NCBI GenBank assembly: GCA_964654465.1
Contig: CAZZIO010000046.1
Coordinates: 1 to 15,371, forward strand
Direction: 5' to 3'
Length of the DNA: 15,371 nt
Source: an uncultured Dictyoglomota bacterium
GTDB taxonomy: Bacteria; Dictyoglomota; Dictyoglomia; Dictyoglomales; Dictyoglomaceae
Position numbers and translations under genes: made by a program. A model generated the notes under the pieces. That model made no database searches, was not told the origin of the DNA, and was given only the letters and a program-made list of their open reading frames with translations. Below, piece by piece: positions 1-6,321 of this stretch (the first letter of the stretch is position 1; each line of letters opens with the position of its first letter).

Positions 1-279
1 TATCTCAAAAGCCATAACAGGATCCATTTTGTAGAGATTATTTAGTATTACAATATCTACACTCTTCTCCAATTTAGTTTCTAATCGAGAAACTATATCT
101 CCAATCTCCAAAAGTTCTAAATCTCTTTGTAAATGAATTGCAATATCAATATCGCTATCTTCTCTAAAATTTCCTTTAACTAAGGATCCAAATATTATTA
201 CAAAATCAACTGGATAGTCTATTATAATCTCTTTTAGCTCTTCTTTAGTTTTTTCAACAATATCTTTTTTCATAACCAT
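1..279 (-). CDS. Minimal nucleotidyltransferase (MNT, Pol-beta superfamily; MntA-like antitoxin). 3' end runs off the window. Start ATG at 279 or 273.
   Basis: Not in the ORF track. Manual translation: MVMKKDIVEKTKEELKEIIIDYPVDFVIIFGSLVKGNFREDSDIDIAIHLQRDLELLEIGDIVSRLETKLEKSVDIVILNNLYKMDPVMAFEI... It has the exact GS-X10-DxD motif and a later VDIV acidic strand. Starts about 10 nt after the epimerase stop. Confidence 0.88.
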   Translation of the reverse strand, partial: MVMKKDIVEKTKEELKEIIIDYPVDFVIIFGSLVKGNFREDSDIDIAIHLQRDLELLEIGDIVSRLETKLEKSVDIVILNNLYKMDPVMAFEI

Positions 280-288
280 CAAAGTAAT

Positions 289-1362
289 TTATGAAATTTC
301 CTTTATTACAACCTCTTTCATCTTTGGAGCAGAATAGTAATCACTAAAATCTACATAATCTCCTTCTTTAATATTTCTCTCAGCTTCTAATATTTTTTCT
401 ATGTTTGCTCCCACCAATGTATTCCATCCATATTTTACAGTCTCAATCCACTCAGTTTCATCCCTTAAAGTAATACAAGGTACTCTTAACCAAAATGCTT
501 CTTTCTGTACTCCACCAGAATCTGTAAATATGGCAAAGGCATTCTTCTCCAAACTTATCATATCCAAGTATCCAACAGGATCTATTAATAAAATATTCTC
601 ATTATCTAAATAATTCCCTAAATTAAACTCCTTAATTCTGCTTCTTGTTCTGGGATGAATAGGAAATACAGCTTTTCTTCTAAATTGAGCTATAGCCAAA
701 AGTATATTTTTTAATCTATCATAATTATCTGTGTTTTCAGCCCTATGAATAGTAAGAAGATAATATTCTTTAGGATTTAGCTTCAAGTTTTGTAATATTT
801 TACTTTTTTCTTCACTCATTCTTGAAAAATACATAAGAGCATCAAACATTATATCTCCTACCAAATAAACTCCTTTTGTTATACCTTCTTTTTCCAAATT
901 TTTAACTGCTGTCTCTGTAGGACAAAACAGTATATCAGAAAGATGGTCTGTCACAATTCTATTTATCTCCTCAGGCATCATTTTATTAAAACTTCTAAGT
1001 CCAGCCTCCACATGAGCTAATTTTACATGAAGTTTAGAAGAAGCTAAAGCACCTGCCAAAGTAGAATTTGTATCTCCATAGACTATAACTAAATCTGGCT
1101 TTCTCTTCATAAGTACTTCTTCTATGGCTATTAACATTTTTCCTGTCTGCTCACCATGAGAACCTGATCCAATACCAAGATTGTAATCAGGCTCTGAAAT
1201 TTCAAGTTCTTTAAAGAATATATCACTCATATTATCATCGTAATGCTGACCTGTATGTACAATTGTCTCTTTAAAACCTTCCTCTCTTAAGACTTTTGAA
1301 AGAGGAGCAAGTTTAATAAATTGTGGTCTTGCACCTACAATGGAGACTATATTAAGTCCCAT
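289..1362 (-). CDS. wecB: UDP-N-acetylglucosamine 2-epimerase (non-hydrolysing)
   Basis: Motifs GARPQFIK, HTGQHY, VYGDTNS, HVEAGLRS, MPEEINR, TIHRAEN, TDSGGVQKEA, LRDETEW. SD-like AAGGAAG upstream. Confidence 0.95.
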   Translation of the reverse strand: MGLNIVSIVGARPQFIKLAPLSKVLREEGFKETIVHTGQHYDDNMSDIFFKELEISEPDYNLGIGSGSHGEQTGKMLIAIEEVLMKRKPDLVIVYGDTNSTLAGALASSKLHVKLAHVEAGLRSFNKMMPEEINRIVTDHLSDILFCPTETAVKNLEKEGITKGVYLVGDIMFDALMYFSRMSEEKSKILQNLKLNPKEYYLLTIHRAENTDNYDRLKNILLAIAQFRRKAVFPIHPRTRSRIKEFNLGNYLDNENILLIDPVGYLDMISLEKNAFAIFTDSGGVQKEAFWLRVPCITLRDETEWIETVKYGWNTLVGANIEKILEAERNIKEGDYVDFSDYYSAPKMKEVVIKEIS

Positions 1363-1588
1363 CTAAATTCTCTTCCTTTCTTTATATAAACTTACCTCTT
1401 ATCATAAAAGAAATATCATAATTTCTTTATAATCTATATAATCTATCAAATTTTCTATTTCAATTTCCTTTACAGGACACAAAAATTTATAAATCTAAAT
1501 TATCATCAGACATAGCCAAAAATCATTACCACTAATAAAAAAATCTCTTTCTAACAGTCTCTAATCCTTATGTTTTGAAATGTATAAT

Positions 1589-3481
1589 CTATGATACTCC
1601 ACTTTCTTTTATGACTTTTTTTGTTAAATTCATATCCTTTTTATATGTGGGAATTAATCCTATAATTACCCTTTCAATTTCTTTCTTTTCCCTTTTCTTT
1701 GCAGATTCCAGTAGTTCTTGTAGTTTTCTATTAAAAGTATTCCTATCAATACCCATACTTGAAACTATCTTATATATCTTAGGATGAGAAGTTTTTTCAA
1801 TTTTTTCTTCCTTTTCCCAAAGTTCTTCTTTTAATTTTTCTCCAGGTCTAAGTCCAATTATCTTTATTCCTATATCATCAACCGAATGCCCAGAAAGTTC
1901 AATAAAGTTTTTTGCGAGATCTAAAATCTTTACTGGCTTTCCCATATCAAGCACAAAAATATCTCCAGAAGTTCCTATACTTCCTGCCTGAAGCACAAGT
2001 CCTACAGCCTCCGGAATAGTCATAAAATATCTTTCCATCTCAGGATCTGTAATAGTAATAGGGCCACCACTTTCAAGTTGTTTCTTAAAAACCTCCAGTA
2101 CACTTCCTCTACTTCCTAAAACATTCCCAAATCTTACCGCAATAAAACTGGTTTTTGAATGACTATTGTAAAATTTAACTAACATCTCTCCTATTCTTTT
2201 TGTAGCTCCCATAATGTTAGCAGGATACACCGCCTTATCAGTAGATATAAAGATGAATTTCTCTGCTCCTACATGTATACTTGCATCCATGACATTTATG
2301 GTACCAAATACATTATTAAATATCGCTTCATCAGGATTTTCCTCCATAAGAGGCACATGTTTATGGGCTGCTGAATGAAATATTATCTGAGGCCTCTCCT
2401 TTTCAAAGACATAAAAAATTCTATCTCTATCCTTTATATCTGCTATATATGATTTTAAAGAAAGATCTGGATAATATTTTTTTAATTCCATTTCTATATT
2501 AAAAATACTATTTTCTCCTCTTCCAAGAAGAATAAGTTTTTCTGGCTCATATTTTGCTACTTGCCTACATATCTCAGAACCTATGGAACCTCCTGCACCA
2601 GTTACAAGAATTTTCTTATTTTTTATATATTCCCTTATTTTCTCCGAATCTAAGTTTATTACATCCCTTTCAAGCAGGTCCTCAATTCTTACATTTCTTA
2701 TCTTGTTAATACTTACTCTGCCATCTATAAGCTCCCAAATACCAGGAAGTGTCTTTACGGGAATTTTCAATTTAGAAGCCATACCAACTATATCCCTTAT
2801 TAAAGATGAGGGGGCTGAAGGTATAGCAATGAGTACCTCATGCACAGAATTATTCTTTGCAATCTGATGCAGAGAGAATATAGGTCCTAAAACCTTTACT
2901 CCATGAATTATTTTTCCAATTTTATTCTTATCATCATCAAGAAAGCCAACAACGTTATAATTTAACTCCTTATGGGTTTTAATCTCCCTTAATATTTTCT
3001 CTCCCGCATCACCAGCCCCAATGATAATTACATTTTTGTAATGATTATTTAGAGGTTTCGGATGTTTAAAAGTTTCATAAAACCATCTTATAAAAGCCCT
3101 TAATGAAAAAAGCATTATAAGAGACAAAACATAGGAGATTACAAATATAGAACGAGGATAACCCTCTAATGGAAATATCATACCTAAAAGATAAAAATTA
3201 AGCTTTTCAAAAGTAAGTGCAAGGGTTAAATCCTTTAATGCGTCTAAACTAAAATATTCCCAAAGAGTTCTATATATTTTAAATACTAAGAAATAAAACA
3301 TAAAAAATATGATAATTTCCCTTAAAAGAGCGTACATTATAATTGGGATATACTTTTGGGGAATTGAAAATTCAAATCTTAGAAAAAAAGCAAGAAATAT
3401 AGAAATTATAAAAAAAAACCAGTCCAATAAGATACGTACCCAAGTTTTTTTAATTATTCTAACCAATTCAACCCCCAACAT
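1589..3481 (-). CDS. Membrane-bound nucleoside-diphosphate sugar 4,6-dehydratase (CapD/WbpM/PglF family). True start may be TTG at 3466, after a GGGGGT SD-like site.
   Basis: About 4 N-terminal TM segments, GAGDAG motif, NAD-binding TGAGGSIG, FHSAAHKHVPLME, ISTDKAV, MGATK (M replacing Y of YxxxK, typical of this subfamily), VRFGNVLGSRGSV, GLRPGEKL. Confidence 0.93.
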   Translation of the reverse strand: MLGVELVRIIKKTWVRILLDWFFFIISIFLAFFLRFEFSIPQKYIPIIMYALLREIIIFFMFYFLVFKIYRTLWEYFSLDALKDLTLALTFEKLNFYLLGMIFPLEGYPRSIFVISYVLSLIMLFSLRAFIRWFYETFKHPKPLNNHYKNVIIIGAGDAGEKILREIKTHKELNYNVVGFLDDDKNKIGKIIHGVKVLGPIFSLHQIAKNNSVHEVLIAIPSAPSSLIRDIVGMASKLKIPVKTLPGIWELIDGRVSINKIRNVRIEDLLERDVINLDSEKIREYIKNKKILVTGAGGSIGSEICRQVAKYEPEKLILLGRGENSIFNIEMELKKYYPDLSLKSYIADIKDRDRIFYVFEKERPQIIFHSAAHKHVPLMEENPDEAIFNNVFGTINVMDASIHVGAEKFIFISTDKAVYPANIMGATKRIGEMLVKFYNSHSKTSFIAVRFGNVLGSRGSVLEVFKKQLESGGPITITDPEMERYFMTIPEAVGLVLQAGSIGTSGDIFVLDMGKPVKILDLAKNFIELSGHSVDDIGIKIIGLRPGEKLKEELWEKEEKIEKTSHPKIYKIVSSMGIDRNTFNRKLQELLESAKKREKKEIERVIIGLIPTYKKDMNLTKKVIKESGVS

Positions 3482-3514
3482 ATTTTATCTTTCTTAATCT
3501 ACATTTTTTTGTTT

Positions 3515-3523
3515 ATTATATCA
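3515..3523 (-). promoter_or_regulatory. Extended -10 promoter (TGaTATAAT) for the polysaccharide operon
   Basis: Reverse complement of attatatca is TGATATAAT, 33 nt upstream of the ORF. The -35 region is poor (CTTTTA at 17 nt spacing). Confidence 0.6.
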
Positions 3524-3541
3524 TAAAGAATGTAATTTAAA

Positions 3542-3557
3542 AGTGATTTTCGTCACT
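3542..3557. promoter_or_regulatory. Palindrome AGTGA-N6-TCACT resembling a CRP/FNR-family operator
   Basis: Perfect 5-6-5 inverted repeat that matches the GTGA-N6-TCAC core of the CRP consensus. It lies between divergent genes. Confidence 0.45.
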
Positions 3558-3597
3558 ACTGACAATCTTCATAAATTTATTTTTAAATCATCTCATA

Positions 3598-3626
3598 TTG
3601 CAAAAATTTTTCATTTGTGATAATAT
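3598..3626 (+). promoter_or_regulatory. Putative sigma70-type promoter of the peroxiredoxin
   Basis: TTGCAA (3598-3603) followed by TGtGATAAT (3616-3624) or TAATAT (3621-3626, 17 nt spacer). Confidence 0.5.
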
Positions 3627-3630
3627 AAAA

Positions 3631-3653
3631 TTGAAAATAATAATTATTTTAAA
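3631..3653. promoter_or_regulatory. Fur/PerR-like operator
   Basis: TTGAAAATAAT-A-ATTATTTTAAA is an 11-1-11 inverted repeat with one mismatch. It contains the ATAATnATTAT core shared by Fur and Per boxes and sits between the -10 and the SD of a peroxide-defence gene. Confidence 0.55.
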
Positions 3654-3668
3654 AAAGGAGGTGTAATT

Positions 3669-4346
3669 ATGGAGAACCTTGAAAGAAAAGGGCTTCCACT
3701 TCTTGGTGAACCTTTCCCAGAAATGAAAGTTTTAACCACTCATGGTGAGAAAGTACTTCCTAATGACTATAAAGGTAAATGGTTTGTACTTTTTAGTCAT
3801 CCTGCAGATTTTACTCCAGTATGTACAACTGAGTTTGTGGCCTTTCAAAAAAGATATGAAAAATTTAGAGCTCTCAATACAGAATTAATAGGTTTAAGTA
3901 TTGACCAAGTCTTCAGTCACATAAAATGGGTTGAATGGATAAAAGAAAAGTTAGGCGTTGATATTGAATTCCCAATTATAGCAGATGATACAGGAAAGGT
4001 GGCAGAAAAGCTTGGTTTAATCCATCCAGGAAAAGGAACAAACACTGTAAGAGCTGTATTTGTCGTTGATGATAAGGGAATAATTAGATTAATACTTTAC
4101 TATCCACAAGAAGTAGGAAGAAATATGGACGAGATTTTAAGAGCAGTAGAAGCATTACAGGTATCTGACAAATATGGAGTAGCCATGCCCGCTCACTGGC
4201 CAGATAGTGAAGTTGTTGGTAAAGACCATGTAATAATTCCTCCTGCAAAGGATGTAAAAACAGCCAATGAAAGACTTGAATCTGCTAAAAAAGGAGAAAT
4301 TGAATGCTTTGATTGGTGGCTCTGCCATAAGAAATTAACAAGATAA
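3669..4346 (+). CDS. Peroxiredoxin, Prx6 family (archaeal/thermophile type with C-terminal Cys pair)
   Basis: Peroxidatic motif [30 protein letters not shown]-terminal CFDWWLC. Strong SD AAGGAGGTG at 3655-3663. Confidence 0.95.
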   Translation: MENLERKGLPLLGEPFPEMKVLTTHGEKVLPNDYKGKWFVLFSHPADFTPVCTTEFVAFQKRYEKFRALNTELIGLSIDQVFSHIKWVEWIKEKLGVDIEFPIIADDTGKVAEKLGLIHPGKGTNTVRAVFVVDDKGIIRLILYYPQEVGRNMDEILRAVEALQVSDKYGVAMPAHWPDSEVVGKDHVIIPPAKDVKTANERLESAKKGEIECFDWWLCHKKLTR

Positions 4347-4368
4347 TAAAAAATAATAGTAGAAATTT

Positions 4369-4407
4369 AAATAAGGTATCCCCTAAACAGGGGATACCTT
4401 ATTTTTT
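4369..4407. terminator. Intrinsic terminator between convergent peroxiredoxin and MFS genes, possibly bidirectional
   Basis: Perfect 16-bp stem AAATAAGGTATCCCCT-aaac-AGGGGATACCTTATTT (4369-4404) with a T-run to 4407 on the + strand. Confidence 0.8.
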
Positions 4408-5552
4408 GATTCCTTTATACATTTTATTGAAATTAAAGTGGAAAGCAAAGAAACAAAGGTTAGAAAACGATACATACCTTTCAATCCAGAAATATCAGCT
4501 ACAAATCCTGAGATTACAGGTCCAATTGTTGAAGATAAGGACATACCCATACTTAATAAACCTTGAGCAGTAGCCCTTTCTTCTGGATTAACTAAATCAT
4601 TCATATAAACAACAGGGATAGTACCTATAACAGCAAAGGTTAAAGAGTGTAATAATTGAATTAAGATTATATGCCACGGATTAGTAGTTAATGTATAAAG
4701 AAAGATCCTTATAGGAAGAACAATAGAGGTAAATACTAATAAAGGTTTTCTTCCTACCTTATCAGATAAACGTCCCCAGATAAGCATAAAAGGAATTTCG
4801 GAAAAGGAGCTTGCTGAATAAGCAAAACTTATATGTTTACTTTCACCCCCTAAGGATCGAATTAAAAGATTCACATTAGAAGATGCTCCAAGAAGAGCTA
4901 CGTAGTAAATAATGTAAAATAAAAGAAAATTTCTAACATCAGATCTTAAAATTAATCTCTTTATATTCCTAAAGTCAACCTTAGATACACTAATCTTAGA
5001 AGAAGGTTCTTTCACAATAAGAGTTATTGTTAAGCCTAACATATATATTAAACCAATCATAACAAACATAATCTTAGGCTCTACCAGTTTAGGATAAAAA
5101 CCTGTAACAAGCATAAGTAATAAAAAACCTATACTTCCCCATATTCTTATAGAGGCATAATGGGTACCAGTATTTTCGGATATAGCATAGTCCATAACAA
5201 GTACATTAGCCATAGTAGTTATAGTACTTACAAAAACCCCTAAAAGAAAATAAACAAATATAAAAGTCCAAAAACTATTCAATTTAGGAAAAACAAGAGA
5301 GTAAAGAATAATAAGCATAATAAAGCTTAAAATAATAAATGGCTTTCTCTTCCCTATCTTATCTGATAAATAACCTATATATACCTGAAAAATAGTCCCA
5401 GAAAGCGATGAGATAGCAGATAAAAGCCCTATCATTCCAATAGAAAAACCTTTTATTTCTCTTAAATAAACAGGTACAAAGGAGAAGATAAATACCCAAG
5501 CAGAAAAGTATATAAAAAAGAATACTTTTAATAAAAAAATCTCTTTTTTCAT
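4383..5552 (-). CDS. Major facilitator superfamily transporter (12 TM; substrate unknown). Likely start ATG 5552 rather than 5603.
   Basis: Duplicated MFS motif A (GYLSDKIGKRK; GRLSDKVGRK), YASIRIWGSIGF typical of MFS_1-like/LacY-like members, and hydrophobic periodicity. The extension to 5603 overlaps the promoter region. Confidence 0.9.
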   Translation of the reverse strand: MKKEIFLLKVFFFIYFSAWVFIFSFVPVYLREIKGFSIGMIGLLSAISSLSGTIFQVYIGYLSDKIGKRKPFIILSFIMLIILYSLVFPKLNSFWTFIFVYFLLGVFVSTITTMANVLVMDYAISENTGTHYASIRIWGSIGFLLLMLVTGFYPKLVEPKIMFVMIGLIYMLGLTITLIVKEPSSKISVSKVDFRNIKRLILRSDVRNFLLFYIIYYVALLGASSNVNLLIRSLGGESKHISFAYSASSFSEIPFMLIWGRLSDKVGRKPLLVFTSIVLPIRIFLYTLTTNPWHIILIQLLHSLTFAVIGTIPVVYMNDLVNPEERATAQGLLSMGMSLSSTIGPVISGFVADISGLKGMYRFLTFVSLLSTLISIKCIKESKNKVSPV

Positions 5553-5559
5553 AAGTTTT

Positions 5560-5588
5560 ATTTTACATTTATGATAAACTATAAACAA
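5560..5588 (-). promoter_or_regulatory. Putative promoter of the MFS gene (probably leaderless mRNA)
   Basis: TTGTTT (5588-5583), 17 nt, TAAAAT (5565-5560), 7 nt, ATG (5552). No SD present. Confidence 0.5.
5572..5580 (+). promoter_or_regulatory. Putative extended -10 (TGaTAAACT) for the DinB-family gene
   Basis: TGn-TAnnnT about 50 nt upstream of ATG 5631. Confidence 0.4.
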
Positions 5589-5630
5589 GACCATCAAATC
5601 CACAAATATACCTTTTAGGAGGTGTCCATC

Positions 5631-6095
5631 ATGAGAGATCGCTTAGAAAGGATAATAAAATACATGAATGATGCATTCCAAAAAGACAAAGGATTATGGT
5701 CTCACTCTGTAATGGATGTTCTTGAAAATGCCACTTCAAAAGAGGCAGTTTTTAAAAAGGAAAATACCCATAGTATTTGGGAGATAACAAATCATTTAAT
5801 TTTTGGGAAAGAATATCTCTTAAGTATCCTTGAAGGAAAAGATCTTCCTTCCGAAGATGACTTTAAAACTCCCACTGATACCTCTGAAGAGGCTTGGAAA
5901 AATACAGTTAAAAGACTTGAAGACGCACATAATAAGCTTATAGAAATATTAAAAACCAAGAATGATGATGACCTTGATAAAAATATTGGAGAATATGGTA
6001 CATTAGAAGACAATCTATATGGTATAATAAGTCATGACTGTTATCATGCTGGGCAGATAGTTTTTATTCTACAACTTATGGGAATTGAGTTATAG
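5631..6095 (+). CDS. DinB/YfiT-family protein (putative metal-dependent thiol S-transferase or hydrolase). Start ATG 5631.
   Basis: HSIWEITNHL and HDCYHAGQI supply the three-His metal site of the DinB four-helix fold. SD AGGAGG at 5617-5622 favours ATG 5631 over GTG 5622. Confidence 0.88.
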   Translation: MRDRLERIIKYMNDAFQKDKGLWSHSVMDVLENATSKEAVFKKENTHSIWEITNHLIFGKEYLLSILEGKDLPSEDDFKTPTDTSEEAWKNTVKRLEDAHNKLIEILKTKNDDDLDKNIGEYGTLEDNLYGIISHDCYHAGQIVFILQLMGIEL

Positions 6096-6143
6096 ATGTT
6101 AACAAATTTTTAAAATAATTAATATAACTTTAACCCTTTTTGG

Positions 6144-6172
6144 TTGACACCATATTAAATATTTGATACCTT
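6144..6172 (+). promoter_or_regulatory. Strong orphan sigma70-type promoter
   Basis: Perfect TTGACA (6144-6149), 17 nt spacer containing extended TG (6164-6165), TACCTT (6167-6172). No protein gene lies downstream on the + strand. Confidence 0.7.
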
Positions 6173-6178
6173 ATTTAA

Positions 6179-6320
6179 CGAAAGTTGATGTTATTAAAAA
6201 AGTTTAGGAATAAAAAGTAAGGTTAGTAAGTCTAAAAAAGTAAAAAGAGTAAGTTAGAGAAGACACCTCCCCCTCTCACCCCCTCCCCCTGAGTCCCCCC
6301 TCTCAGGGGGTTTATTTTTT
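6179..6320 (+). ncRNA. Candidate small regulatory RNA of about 140 nt with C-rich anti-SD motifs
   Basis: Bounded by the 6144-6172 promoter and the 6285-6321 terminator. A-rich 5' half, C-rich tracts at 6262-6301, and only a 10-codon ORF. Confidence 0.55.
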
Positions 6321-6321
6321 T
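6285..6321 (+). terminator. Rho-independent terminator, + strand oriented
   Basis: Stem CCCCCTGAG (6285-6293) / CTCAGGGGG (6302-6310), loop TCCCCCCT, followed by TTTATTTTTTT. Confidence 0.85.

Noticed and set aside
401-3497. Short + strand ORFs 401-613, 1575-1787, 2583-2867, 3309-3497
   Set aside because: Antisense shadows of well-supported wecB and dehydratase genes. No motifs or RBS.
6096-6130. Weak Rex-like (TGTTAACAAATTTTTAA) and Fur-like (ATAATTAATAT) sequences upstream of the orphan promoter
   Set aside because: Several mismatches in almost pure AT sequence. Not distinguishable from background.
6165-6176. 12-mer GATACCTTATTT shared with the hairpin arm at 4393-4404
   Set aside because: A single 12-nt AT-rich match is expected by chance in 15 kb. 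No flanking similarity or transposase to suggest element ends.
6179-6320. Possibility that the candidate RNA is tRNA, 6S, SRP, RNase P, tmRNA, a riboswitch or an attenuator
   Set aside because: No cloverleaf, long 5'-3' duplex or hallmark motifs. No same-strand gene follows the terminator, so attenuation does not fit.
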